A DNA stretch of 62,925 nt, the filler included, from Reclinomonas americana ATCC 50394 (Eukaryota): the NCBI GenBank assembly GCA_048213135.1. It is 13 parts of 13 records of this genome, joined end to end, with 100 filler letters (N's around TTAATTAATTAA, not from the genome) between each part and the next. Parts side by side here need not be neighbours in the genome. Positions count along the whole stretch, not along the records: positions 1 to 2,081 come from AFZH01020840.1; positions 2,182 to 9,045 come from AFZH01020841.1; positions 9,146 to 11,862 come from AFZH01020842.1; positions 11,963 to 15,898 come from AFZH01020843.1; 9 more parts are not named here. One strand, given 5' to 3'. The notes below the pieces were generated by a model. That model was given only the letters and a program-made list of their open reading frames with translations, did not search any database and had not been told where the DNA came from. Both the position numbers and the translations under genes were made by a program. Shown piece by piece: positions 1-13,000 of this stretch (positions are counted from its first letter, which is position 1; each line of letters begins with the position of its first letter).

Positions 1-2072
1 GAGGTGTAGATTTGGCCATTGTTCACCACAGCCACCAGCTGAGTGCCGTCGCTGCTGGAGGCCACCGACAGCCACGAGCGGCTGGAATTACGAGCCGTCC
101 ATGTCACGCCAGAGTCAGTGGAGGTGTAAATCTGTCCTCCATTCACAGCAGCCACCAGCTTGGTGCCATCACTGCTGGAGGCCACCGATCGCCACAAGCG
201 AATGGCATCGCGAGGTGACCACGTTACGCCAGAGTCGATGGAGGTGTATATCTTGTCGTTGTTTGCGACCGCCACCAGCTTGCTGCCGTCGCTGCTGGAG
301 GCCACAGATCGCCAGGCGCGATTGGCATCCCGAGGTGTCCACGTCGCGCCAGAGTCGATGGAGGTGTAAATCTGACCACTGCTGACGCCGGCCACCAGCT
401 TGCTGCCGTCACTGCTGGAGGCCACCGAATTCCAGTTACGAAATGATTCATGAGACGTCCACGAAACGCCAGAGTTCGTGGAGGTGAAAATCTGACCTGC
501 ACCAACAACAGCCACCAACTTGGTGCCGTCGCTGCTGGAGGTCACCGACGCCCAGCTGCGATTGGAGTCACGCGCGGTCCACGTCGCGCCAGAGTCAGTG
601 GAGGTGTAGATCTGCCCGTTGAACAACGCAGCCACCAGCTTGGTGCCGTCAGTGCTGGAGGCCACCGACTGCCAGGAAGTGCCCACCTGCAGCCCTTGGC
701 CTGCGCCAACTGCTGTCCACGAAACGCCCGAATTCGTAGAGATGTAGATCTGACCCAATTGCACAACGGCCACGAGCTGGGTACCGTCACTGCTGGAGAC
801 CACTGAAGTCCAGAGGCGAGTGGAGTCACGGACCGTCCAGGTTGCACCAGAATTGGCGGAGGTATAAATCTGGCCACCGTTCACCACCGCCACCAGCTTG
901 GTACCGTCGCTGCTGGAGGAAACTCCAATCCAGGCGCGATTGGAATCACGAGCCGTCCAGATTGCGCCAGAGTCAGTGGAGGTGTAAATCTGACCGCTGC
1001 TTACGACGGCCACCAGTTTGGTACCATCACTGCTCGACGCCACACCCACCCAGTTGCGATTGGAATCGTGAGGCACCCAGCTCACACCAGAGTCAGTCGA
1101 CGTGTAAATCTGACCAGTGCTCACAACAGCAACCAGCTTGGTGCCGTCGCTGCTGGAGGCCACAGCGCGCCAGGCGCGAGTGGAGTCACGGGGAGTCCAC
1201 GTCACACCAGAGTCAGTGGAGGTGTAGAGCTGTCCGCCTTGCACAGCAGCCACAAGATTTGTACCGTCGCTGCTGGAGGCCACGCTGACCCAGTCACGTG
1301 TTGACTCACGAGCCGTCCACGTCACACCAGAATCGGCGGAGGTGTAAATCAGACCAGTTTGAACAATAGCCACCAGCTGGGAGCCGTCACTGCTGGAGGC
1401 CACTGTCCACCAGTTGCGGTTGGATTCGCGAGCTGTCCATGTCGCGCCAGCGTCCGTAGAGGTGAAGAGCTGACCATTGTTCACCGCAGCCACCAGCTTG
1501 GTGCCGTCGGTGCTGGAGGCCACTGACTGCCACCTGCCAATGTATCCAAGAGCAACAGTGGGACTTGCGGAGCATGTTGAACACGACGACCCTGTTTGCG
1601 AATCGCAAATTAGAGGGAATGCGCAACAGTCTCGAAATTAATAAACAAATATGTATGTACAACTGCATCACTTACCACTCCATGGACTTGTGCACGTGCA
1701 CGTCCCAGAAGTGCCGCAGGTACCACGAGCCGAACAAGTAATTGTAGGACTGCAGTTGCAGCTGGCATTGGTGTAGTCGCCCGTGCACAGACACGTACCA
1801 TTACTCTGGCACGTTCCGTGTCCAGAGCACGTCGTGGCTGCCGTACAGTTGACATTGCACGACGCACCAAAATAGTCCGTGTCACACTGGCATGTGCCGT
1901 CAGTCTTGCACGTTCCGTGGCCAGAGCACGTCGTACCCGCCGTACAGTTGACATTGCACGATCCACCAAAATAGTCCGTGTCGCACTGGCATGAGCCGTC
2001 ACTCTGGCACGTTCCGTGGCCAGAGCAGGTGGTGGCTGCCACACAATTCGGAATGCATGGGAACACATACAC
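1..2072 (-). CDS. Partial extracellular-type protein: 4 EGF-like repeats followed by at least 13 BNR/Asp-box (beta-propeller) repeats; runs off the window start
   Basis: Exon ~2072-1676 encodes CSGHGTCQSDGSCQCDTDYFGGSC-type EGF repeats. Intron 1675-1592 (GTAAGT..CAG, phase 1). Exon 1591-1 is open where checked, with a 120-bp period encoding W-x-SVASSSDGTKLVA-x3-GQIYTSTDSGVTW. The ORF track misses this frame because it has no stop inside the window. Confidence 0.8.
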
Positions 2073-2081
2073 CTGCTCTGC

Positions 2082-2181
2082 NNNNNNNNNNNNNNNNNNN
2101 NNNNNNNNNNNNNNNNNNNNNNNNNTTAATTAATTAANNNNNNNNNNNNNNNNNNNNNNNNNNNNNNNNNNNNNNNNNNNN
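2082..2181. other. Artificial contig spacer N44-TTAATTAATTAA-N44 (also starting at 9046, 11863, 15899, 22490, 25507, 28890, 31958, 39585, 42868, 48267, 58275)
   Basis: Twelve identical 100-bp blocks. The core places stop codons in all six frames, so it is an assembly linker. Confidence 0.98.
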
Positions 2182-4500
2182 AGCTATTTCAGCACAGCGT
2201 GGCGGATGAAGATTCGTGGTCGGTGAGCGACGCATACCTTGCGACATGCCCAGTGCACGAGGACCTTGTCCGGTGGCACGTCCATGTAGTCGCATATCCT
2301 CACCGCCAGCAAGTGCAAGTGTCGGTACACCAGGCGATCGAGCAGCACAGGGAGAGTCAGCGCCTCGAACTGCTTGTAGGTGATGCCGATGCCCACGGAG
2401 CGATGCCGGCAAGCGTTCAACACACGCAAGAACTTGCACATGTCCACAAACTTGTCGAGATCGTAGAAGTCACAAAACGCCTTGCCGTACGACGCCGCCT
2501 GTGTCACGCGATGTATCAGGTGCTGCTAATCCTTCCTCCCCTCCCTTTCTCTCTCGTGCTCACCTTTAGCAAATCCATTTGCACACTGATGTCCAGTTCG
2601 TTGCCGGCGGCCTCAATGCACACATCGACGGCCGGCCCGAGTGACTCTCGAATGTGCTGAATGTGCTTGATGCCGTTGGGACTCCGCTCCTGCTCAGGCA
2701 GCATCGTTGAGAAAACACCCCCTCACACCTTGGCCACGGGAACGCAACATTGAACTCCTTGAAGGCGTCGAACAACAGCGCAGGAGGCGAGACGGAGCCG
2801 ACCTCGAAGATCTCCACCGTTCCCAGCGGCACCTTCTCCAAGAACTCGCACACCGAATTCGAAAAGATGCGCACACCATCAATTTCCGGCACCAGCAGGA
2901 CAGATGAATCGTAGAGGAAGCGCTCGTAGTAGCCGTGCGGCCCCACCATCAGCACCAGCGTGGTGTCGGACTCCATGGCCTCCTGGTCCCAGTACAAACA
3001 CACCGTGTCCTCGCCACACCTGCGGGAAGGAGGACAGGTGAGAACGCACAGCACGCTGTCGCACTGCGGATGCCCACGTGTCGATTCGCCGCTTTGGCTC
3101 ACTCACCACACCATTTGCGTCGGCGGCACATCACCCTTGGTGTCGAACTCGGTGACAATCTTGGCAAAGTCGGCACCCGTCACCTTGATGACGCCATTGT
3201 TGCAAAAGAGCGCCACGTATCTCCCACTCGGCGACACACTCATGGCCAGGAACGGACCGCCACCCAGACCCTGCGGGTGGTGCGCGTGTTGGCCAAGCAC
3301 CGTTTGTTATCGTCTCTTCCCACCAACACCCTCACCTGATCTTCCGTGCGATCAATGTCAATCATGACAACAGAGCCGCCAATCGGTTCGCCCGTCTCAC
3401 TGAAGATGGCCTTGGGCGCGACGAGCACCTCCGGTCCACCGCTCAGCGTGTACGCCGGCGAGATGACGGCCATGCAGTGCGGTCGAGCCATGAGCACTGC
3501 GGGGTGGAGCGCGAATGAGAATGACTGCATAGATATAAACAATGACACCGCCGTGTCGCAACTGGGATCCGGCAGCGAGAGCACACGATGCTCCGAGTAG
3601 TTGGTGACGGCGTAGAACTTGAGACTGTCGGTCATCATCACGAGACCCGACGGCCAGAACTTGCAGTCCACCACGCGATCATCTTCACCCTGCACATGCC
3701 ACATTGCCTCTCCGCAGTGAGTGCAATCGACACCATTACCGGGAGGCTGCAACTGCTGCACGCACCAGAGTCACCGACACCGTGTGCAACAACTCGCCGT
3801 GCAAGTTGTACAGAATGCACGAGCCGTCCCTGACGAGAGACCACCAGCACGATCAGTGCCCGTCCGAGAACGGCGACAGAGAAAAAAGGGAACGCAACTC
3901 GAGCACCACCACCGCATTCTCCTCATCTGACCACCCAATGTCCACAATGCCACGCTTCTCCCACTGTGCGCGTGGCGATGAGAGCGCGGAACGGTGACAC
4001 GAGATGAAGGACAAAGAAAAACGCAACAGGGATCTCGGCAAGCCGCTCGCCAGACGACGTAAAGATGCGGAGCTTGGGGCTCATATCCACACCACCCGTG
4101 ACAAACTTGCGCGGGTGCCGAATGAGCGCTGCATCCACGCGTCAGCGATTGCGCGTGTGAGTGAGAGAGAGAGAGGGAGTGAAAACGCAACCAAGAGGAC
4201 CACCAAACTGCGCCGCCGCAGCCATAAACATGGACAGGTCGAGACCGAGAGTCTCGAAGGGCAAATCATACATCTCTTGCTTGCTGCAAACGCGCACACA
4301 CGCATGCATTCAGTCCCCTGCATCTCACTCACTCGCTCGCTCTCTCTTGTCTCACCGATAGTACACAAAGTTGGACTCCGTGCCCAGACTGCACGTGTGT
4401 GTGTCAGTGTGTGCTATGTTAGCATCCTCATTCACGAAAATATCACACACACATGCACACAGAGTGCGTACCGGAACCAATTGTCGGAACCAAGTGGCAT
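2182..4500 (-). CDS. VPS16: Vacuolar protein sorting 16 (HOPS/CORVET core subunit), multi-exon; C-terminal part lost in the gap at 2082-2181
   Basis: Spliced translation gives MPLGSDNWFRKQEMYDL..AQFGGPLALIR..LRIFTSSG, PEIDGVRIFSNSVCEFLEKVP, AVDVCIEAAGNELD..LLKAASYGKAF, LRVLNACR..VGIGITYKQFEAL..HLHLLAVRICDY..VLVHWACRK. These are hallmark Vps16 segments. The start codon is tentative. Confidence 0.93.
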
Positions 4501-4804
4501 GTTTGCGGCTTGCACGCACTCACTCACACACACCTGATGGAGACGGGGAGGAGAGAGAGAGAGGGTGTGTGAGAGAGAGTTGATGGTGCGGATCGACATG
4601 CCGCCCCCGCCAGAAGCCACACAGAAGCATGCAAGCACAGACACACATGCACAGAGACGCACACGCAGAGGGCGAAGATCACTCACCACCAAGCAAGCCA
4701 GTCAGACGCGATGGATGCGACAGGACGATCGGTGGGCGGGACGTATGGTTTCGTTGACGGAGACTGTTTTTTTCATTCATACACACATTCCGCAGCCGAG
4801 CTGC

Positions 4805-6883
4805 TCAGAAGCCCACATCGCCATCGTCCTCGTCGTCATCAATTTCCTCCTCCGACTCGTCGCCCTCGTCGTCGAGGCCATAAAGATCTTCCGAATCGCC
4901 GCCGCCGGCAATCTCGACTTCGCCGTCGCTCGAGTCCATGTCGCTGACATCGTCCGACTCGTCGCTGCTGCCGCCAAACATGTTGCCTTGCATGTTGGCA
5001 TGTGCTGTGTCGGCACAGACAAGGGTTCAGAACACTCGCTGCACCCTCTGCTTCTGCTGCTTCTCTTGTCAACAAAACCAACCTCTTGAGCGTCGTGACG
5101 ACGCGGCGCCTGGTCGCTTCATGGCGCGTGACTTGCTTCTCTTGCCACCGCCGGCACCGCCCGATGCATCCATGCCTGCGTTACCGCCGCCGCCGCCACC
5201 GCCACCGGCACCGCCCCGGCCTGGCGCACCACCACCACCAGCTGCGCCCCGACCAGGCACGCCGCTAACGCCCTGCCCTTGCCGGTAGTCGCCTGCGCTG
5301 CCGCCACCACCGTGAGCATTGTTGAGACCGCCACCACCGCCACCGGCACCACCCGCAGCACGCCTTGACACGGCATCTGTGTGCGACAAGAAAAAGTTGG
5401 CACTTCTTCTCGGAAGAGAGAAAATGCAGTGAAGCGAGAAAAACGCAACGCATGGCCTCGTCCAACTCGTCCTCGCCCAGCGTGTCACCCTCCAGCAGCT
5501 TGCGTTCTTGCTCGCGCAGTCGCGTCTGAGAAGAGACGCGCGCACGTTCAGCTCCGGTGGGGTTCTGACTCTACTTAAATGCTCATTCCCTGACCTTCAA
5601 ATCCTCCAGCTTCTTCTTGCCCTTTTCCAACCGCGCCGCCTCCTCTGTATCGTACTTTTGCTTCTCGTTCTCCAAGTACTGCAGCGTGCGGAACTTGTCG
5701 GCGTAGAACGCAAAGAGACCCTTGAGCTCGCGCTCCAGCTTCTCGTACTCGTCCATGAACCCGGGCCGGATGTTCTGGTACGACTTGAGGCGCTTCTTGC
5801 CGCGCTCCAGCTCACCACGTTTCCGCTCAATCTTCTGCTCCAAGTTGCGCGAGTCCGACGTCATGTTCTCGATGCGCGCCCGCAGGTTTCGCATCTCCTC
5901 CTGCGCGTTCTCAATGTCCCTGCGATGCACGAAGTGAGGCCTTCTCACTCGACAACACCCCGCGTGGTGCAAGCAAGTCGACGAAACTCGCGAATAAACG
6001 CCTCCACCTCGTCAAACTCAATCGTACGCGAGCTGGCCTTGTGGCGCTCCTCCTGTTACACACGCCCCATGTGAGACACTCGAAATCGGACACCACCGCA
6101 ATCATGGCGCGCGCGCAAAATAATGACAACTCACCCGCAGCTCGACCTCGCGCTCCAGATGCTTCGACAGGTCGGCGCCGCGCTTGGTGAGCTCCGTGGC
6201 CAACGTGCGCGTCTGCTTCGTGTCCACCACCCCGCGTTCCATCTCTTGCGGAGTCACATCCTGCTCTCGCGACACATGAGAGATTGAAGAGCGTGTGTGT
6301 GTGAGAGAGAGACCACGCACCGGCTGATCCTTGGACTCCATGGCGCGCTTCAGCAGCGACGAGATCTTCAACAGCTCCTTCACTGCGTATCCATCCGAGC
6401 CATACAGCTTCTTTGTGTTGAGCTTGATGTGTGCCTTGGTCAGCTGCGCTCAACCAGCGTGTCAGAAGACGCAAAGAGCAAGAGTGTGTGTGTGAGAGAG
6501 CAAGACTGACCATCACATGCGCCACGTTGCGCACAAACGCAATACGCTCCTCCTCGTCCTCAATGTCAACCGGCACATCCAACGACGGATCGTACCTAAT
6601 GACAAACAAACAAACACCACAACTTTAAAATGAGCGCCAAAGTGGCCTCTCAGAGAGTGACAGAGAGCAAACACAACTTGTGCACAAGCCACGAGGCAAT
6701 CTCAGCCATCATGCGAAAGTTCGCCGAGCGAAAGCTCTCCATCGACACCGACCGCGGGTACCCCAACGCTCGCAAGTTCTCCACAAAGTCTGACACGTAT
6801 ACACGCACACAAGATGAGCACATAACATAACACACACAGAGACAGAGAGGAGCGCCGCAACTTCTTAGCTCTCGAAATGACAT
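4805..6883 (-). CDS. CLUAP1: Clusterin-associated protein 1 / IFT38 (IFT-B subunit), about 9 exons
   Basis: Spliced translation gives [93 protein letters not shown]. It ends in a Gly-rich then acidic tail (..DDGDVGF*) at 4805. Confidence 0.95.
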
Positions 6884-7098
6884 GAAGCGCGGTAACGGTT
6901 GTCCCCGCGAGCCGCGGACAGAGTCGCGCTTCTGTCCACCTGTTTTTTTCCTGCTTCTTTTGACGCACACCATCGCCGGTGTTCTTCCTTTTTCTGCGTT
7001 TTTCTTGCTTGCGCGTGCGTGAGTCGCGCTGTGCAGACAGAAAACACAGAGTGGAGGAAAAAAAGCGTCTGTCTGCTTTTTTATTTTCGCAAAGGGTG
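6884..7098. promoter_or_regulatory. Probable bidirectional promoter / 5' UTR region between CLUAP1 and the giant membrane-protein gene
   Basis: Only ~215 bp separate the divergent ATGs at 6883 (-) and 7099 (+). The call rests on geometry only. Confidence 0.5.
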
Positions 7099-10000
7099 AT
7101 GGCCATGGCACGCACAAGCAGCCTCGCTCTTCTCTCTCTTTTCCTCCTTCTCGTTGTTGTTGTTGCGGTGACAGTGGCCGGTGACACAGTGCAGCAATGC
7201 GCATCCTCGTCGTCGGTGACTGTGAGCACGCTGCCGACACCGCCGGCATTTGTGCTTCCGCTTAGCAGTGACTTTGATGGCGCCGGGTTGTTTGCGACAA
7301 GAGCTGTCGAGGAGCATGACCGGCGTGTGTCGATCAGAATCACCGCGCTGGTCACTCCGCATCATGTGTGCGCGGCGAGCGGCAGTGTGTTTGTGGCCGA
7401 CACCACAGTTGCGTGGCGAGAGTGTGAGACTTTATGGGATGCGCGCATTCGTTCGGAGCGCGTGCGCGTGTGCGTGTGCGTGGGACGTCGGGAAATGTCT
7501 GCCACTTGACACGCACGCCCACGCGCTCTCTCTCGTGCGTGTTGTTGTCTGTGTGTCTCTGCGCGCGTGTGTGTGTGTGTGTGTCTTTTGTGTGTGTGTG
7601 TGCGGTTCGTGTCCAACTTTGGCTTAGTCAAACTAGGCAATTCCCGTGTTTTCCACCTTGTGCTTGCGTTGTTTTTCGCCGGCATGCATTTTCCCTCATG
7701 TTGTTGGTGTGTGTGTTGTGCAGACGCGGGCGATCCACTTGTACACGTCGGGTACGTGAGAAAAGTGTGTTTGTCTAGTTTTGCGTGCCCCTTGCATATT
7801 GACGCGGATTCTCTCCAGGGTCATTTGTGGCCACGCATGTCAGTCCGGTGCCCGTCTCGTGTGTGTCTACGCACCCGGCGGTGTTCCCGGCTCCATCGAC
7901 TCCGCGTGTGTTCTTTGGGTCGTCGACGACTGTGCGCGTGTGGAATTCGACGAGTTGCGGCCCACTCCCATGCATTGCTGCTTCTCGCACTGCGCTGTTT
8001 TTTCATTTTCTCATTTTTTTGTGTGTCTCCACAGTGACTACGTCAACAGTGTTTGCCGGTGTTGCGGGCAAAGCTGGTTTGGTGGATGGACCGTGCGCCT
8101 CGGCTACTTTCTCACAGTTGCGGCCGGCTCCTCTTGCTGAAATGCCATTTGTCATTGGTGGTCACGTTTGTTCGTCTGCGTGTGTGTGCGTGTGTGCAGA
8201 GTGGTCGGCCTCGCCCATCACCCCAGTGGACAACACCTCTACATTGCCGACAATTACCAGTCGAGCCACATTGTGTTCCGTCGCATCACCTATGCCACGG
8301 GTGCGCGCGCGACTTTTTTATCTCTCCCCTTGCTATTTTATTTGCTTACTTTTTGTGTGTGCCGACATTCTCAGGCCTCGTGACCACTCTGTTCCACTCG
8401 TCGATCAAGTACAATGGCTCCAACTTTGGCTTCTCGGTGGATACCGACGGCTCACTGCTGTGCCCGGATACTCTTGGGCGCCAGGTGATTCGCTACAGTC
8501 CGTCTGGTGAGTCGCCTCTTGCTTCGTCTCCTTGTCTCCGGAAGAAATCGCTCATCCACTCTCTTTCTCCCCCTTCTCTTCCCCTTCTCTTCCCCTTCTC
8601 CCCCCTTCCCCCTTCCCCACACAGGTCAACCTTCTGTCGTCTTCGGCACGGGCGGGTGCTGCAGTCGCGATGGTGGCCACCCGCAGTCCACGTACGATGC
8701 ACCGGTGCACATCCACATGGTGTCCTCGACGCACGCGTGTGTGAGCGAGCCGACGCAGCACCGCGTCCGTATTGTGAACCTGCAAGACGGCTCGGTGTGC
8801 ACGGTGGCCGGCACTGGCGCGCCCGGCACCGTTGACGGGCCCGCTTCGACGGCACAATTCAATCAGCCGGCGGGCATGGCCTACGACTCCTCCACCGGTC
8901 ACTTTTATGTGGGCCAGCAGGGCTGCGTGCGTCACATTGGCAACTTTGTGCCGCCACCGGCGCCGATTGTGGCCAACATTGACCCGCCGGCCTTTGTCAC
9001 CGGCGTCTCCGGTCGCATTCCCATCTGGCTCAATGGCTCCAACTTNNNNNNNNNNNNNNNNNNNNNNNNNNNNNNNNNNNNNNNNNNNNTTAATTAATTA
9101 ANNNNNNNNNNNNNNNNNNNNNNNNNNNNNNNNNNNNNNNNNNNNCCCCAGCCATTCACTTCCTTTCCCGCCCCCCTCACTCTCTTTTATTTAATTCTCC
9201 CTGTCAACAGTGCGCGTGGTCTCTATCAGCCCTGCCCTGCTGGTGCTGTCGGGAGGTGTGCAGACTGTGGTGGTCAGTGGTCGCGGTTTCCTGGCTCCGT
9301 CGGCCACCTTTGTGGTCTCGACGGCGGCTTGCACCGTCGGCGTGCCGGCGGCTGTCAGCGGCGTGCAGGTGACGGTGACGTCGCGTGTCGACACGGCCGC
9401 TACCCTGCAGTTCACGCTGGCAACGTCGGTGCTGCCGGCCGCCAACTACAGGCTGTGCATGCTGCCGTCGCCGGGCGCCGCCTACGTGGCCGTCACCAAT
9501 GCTCTGCAGATTGTCGGCGTCAGCAGCCTCGTGCCGGCCGTTGTGACCTCGTATGTCGGATCCACATTTATCACCATCAACGGCAATGGCCTGCTGGCAC
9601 CGATTGGCGGCGTCATTGCCACGTCGTGCGGTGCTAGTGTGGTGGCCGTGGCAAACATTTCGTGCTCCACCTTCACTGCCGTCAACTCGTCGTCGGTCCG
9701 CGTCACAGTTGTCAAGTCGTCGGGCCTGGTGGTCGGCGCACGTCGTCTGTGCCTCCGCTGGGTGGCCGGCGGCCCGTACATTGATGCCGGCTTGCTGCAG
9801 ATTGGTGAGTGTTGACAGTCAATAGGAACATTCACGTCTTTTCTTCTCCCCTCACACCATGTTTGTGCAGCCGCCGTCACTCAGGTTGTGCCTGCCGCTA
9901 TTCCAGTCCAGTCCACTGCTGTCGTGACCGTGCTCGGTGCGTCGTCACTGTTATCCCTTCCCCCCCCCCCCCCGTCTTCTTCAGTAGATGCTCACCCCGT

Positions 10001-13000
10001 GGCGACAGGATCGGGCTTCATCTCGTCGGCGGCCTCGTTCTTCGTCTCCACGGCGTGCACTGTGACCACGGGTCTGGTGCACCAGGTGACCAAGGTTGCG
10101 GTGTCGACGGCAGGCAACCAAATCTCCGTCACCGTCACCACCTCGAACACGGCTGGCGTCTTCCAGCTCTGCGGCTGCATCTCTGGCGTGTGCGCCGTGG
10201 CCGAGAGCATCTCCACCTTCCACGTGGTTACTCGCACGGTGGCACTGACGCCAGTGGCCGTCGGTCACGGTATCAGCACCGTGATCACGGTGGTGGGCGC
10301 CGGAATGCCGCCCACCATTGGCAACTGGTTCCTGTCGTCGTCGCCGACTGTGTGCACCGGCGTCACGATTGCTTCAGTCACCTCGGCAACCTACATTGAT
10401 CACACCCGCTGCCTGCTGACCGTCACCACGCAGCAGACGGCCACCACACTGTACGTGTGCGCGTCGCCGTTTGTCGGTGCGCCGCTGCTGCACCTGACTG
10501 GCGGTTTCACGGTTCGTGTCCACTGTGTGCGCTTCTCGAGGCGCAGTTGCTAACGTAATGTTATGTTGACATGCTTCTCCCAGATTGCCAAGATTATCAG
10601 CGTCACTCCGGATACCGTGTACGCCAACGACACCACCTTCTACGCCGAAGCTGGTGTGCCGAGCATTGTGCCGATCGCGCTGGCGGGCACGGGCATTGTG
10701 GACCTCAGCGGTGACCAGTATGCCGTGGTGCTGGCGCAGAGCTGCGTTTCGGTGGACATTACGACGATTGCGGCGCGCTTCTCGGTCACCTCGGTCACCC
10801 CGACGTCACTCAACGTGTCTCTCGACACCACGACGGTGGTCGCCGGCGACTGGACCGTGTGCGTCCGCTGGTCGGTCGGTGCCTTCTATGTGCCTGCCAT
10901 TCCATTCCGCTGCTTTGGCCGGTTCCAGATCACTCCCAACACCTTCCCGATCGACACCACAGTCAAGACACTGACGCTGCGTGGTCGCGGCCTGCCGCAC
11001 GCCTTCTTCTTCCCCTTCTTGATTGCGACAAACTGCGGCTTTGCTCCGAACCCCGTGGCTACGGTGTGCCTTGCCATCTGTCTCTCTCTCTCTCTCCCCC
11101 AACGTTGTCTCTTGTCCCTCACCCCATCATTCCCGTGCAGATTACGTGCGCCCGACACACCTGGTGCCACGCGTGGCAAATCTCGTTCACCAACGCCTCG
11201 GCGGCGCCCGGCAACTACAAGCTGTGCGTTCGCCTTCCCCTGGCGCACTGGTGGTACTCGGCCGGCCCCATCACCTTTGCGGGTGTGACGGCCGTCGGTG
11301 TCAACGTCGTGCCGATCCAAGCCGTCATCCCCAACATTCCAGTGACGGGTGCCGGCTTGCCGAACACGTCGTCCGACAGCCGAGCGTACGTGCTGTCTCG
11401 CAGCTGCTCCGGCACCTCGCCGGTGGTGGTTGCCGGTTCCGCGGTCACCAACACGTTTGTGAGTTCAACGCAAGTGCAGCTGCGCTTCGACACCACTGGA
11501 GTGGCGTCGGGCGATGTGGTGTCTCTCTGCGCGCGCTGGACCACCGGCTCGGCGTACGTGACGCTGTCGTCCATGTCGCTGGCGGCGGTCACCTCGCTGT
11601 CCCCCAACAACATTCCCGCCGGTGTGCCGTCCACAGTCCGCGTCCTCGGCGCGGCCATGGTCAAGCCCGGCGTTTTTGTGTTTGCCGATGCGGCCTGCGC
11701 GCAAGCCGCGGCGGCCAGCGCACTGCCAAGCACTTTTGTCGCCGCCTCGGAGATTGACTTGTCTGTCAGTGCCGCGTTGGCCACGCCTGGCCAGAAGAAC
11801 CTGTGCGTGCGCTGGGCCTCGATTGAGCCGTTCGTGCCGGCGGGCACAGTGTCGATTGGTGGNNNNNNNNNNNNNNNNNNNNNNNNNNNNNNNNNNNNNN
11901 NNNNNNTTAATTAATTAANNNNNNNNNNNNNNNNNNNNNNNNNNNNNNNNNNNNNNNNNNNNTTCGCCGCTGGCGTCGACACTCACTTGCCGCACGTCGA
12001 TTGTCGTCACGGTGAATGTGGCCGCCGCCAATGCCGGCAACTACCGCTTGTGCGTCCAGTTTGCCGCCAATCTGCCGTTCACCGACGTGGGCGCCCTGGC
12101 GGCTGCGGCTGTGACCAGCGCCTCTCCCACGAGCGGCATTGTTGGCCAGGTCACTCAAGTGAACCTCGGCGGCACGGCTTTCACCGGCACGCTGACACCG
12201 GCTTCCTTTGTCGTCTCGACTGTCTCGTGCTCGCCGCCCTCGGATCCGGCCAGCAACGTGTACCCGGGTGCTTCGGTCACGGCCGTCGCTGCGGGACAGT
12301 CGGCGTCTGCCGCCGTCATCTCTGTCAGCGCGCTGTCGGCCGCCGCTGGCCAAGCCAACATTTGCGTGCGCTGGTCGCCGTCGGCGCCGTTTGCGCCCGC
12401 GGTCACCGGCTTCATGCTGGTGAGCTCGCTGTCGGTGTCGCCATCGGTGTTGCCGATTGGTCAGGCGTCGCTGGCGGTCACGCTGAACGGCCAAGGCCTC
12501 TTCAACCCGACCGGTGTCGACACGCCGTTTGTGATTGCGCAGTCGTGCGCGCCACTCAGTGGTGCGAGTGGCGCCGCGTTCGGGTCCGTGACGGCCTCGT
12601 CGTCGACGGCGCTCACTCTGTCGTTTGCCACCACTGGTGCGCAAGCCGGCTCCTTCCGCTTCTGTGCGCGCTTTGCCTCCAGCTCGTCGTACGCCGACGC
12701 CGGTGCCATCAACATCGCCTCGGTGACCGGCGCCTCACCGAGCACCATTCTGGCCTCGGCCGGAGCGCAGACCATTCAGTTGGCGGGCAGTGGCTTTGTG
12801 CCGTCGTCGTCGCCAGTGTTTGTGGCCTCCGCCTCGTGCGCCGGCACGCCGACGCCTGCTGCTACGATCAGCGGCGTGTCGGTGGACAGCTCCTCGGCCA
12901 TTCACCTGTCGCTCGATGCCTCGTCGTTGACCACTGGCGCCTCGCTCGTCTTGTGCGTCCGCTGGGCTCCGTCGCAGGCCTTTGTGCCGACACAGTCGGT

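Noticed and set aside
1..1560. Regular 120-bp periodicity as a CRISPR array or non-coding satellite
   Set aside because: There is no repeat-spacer structure and the minus frame encodes Asp-box repeats, so it is a coding repeat.
2126..2137. Recurrent palindromic TTAATTAATTAA as a biological motif (e.g. piggyBac TTAA target or recombination site)
   Set aside because: It is always centred in an identical 100-bp N block, so it is a six-frame-stop assembly linker.
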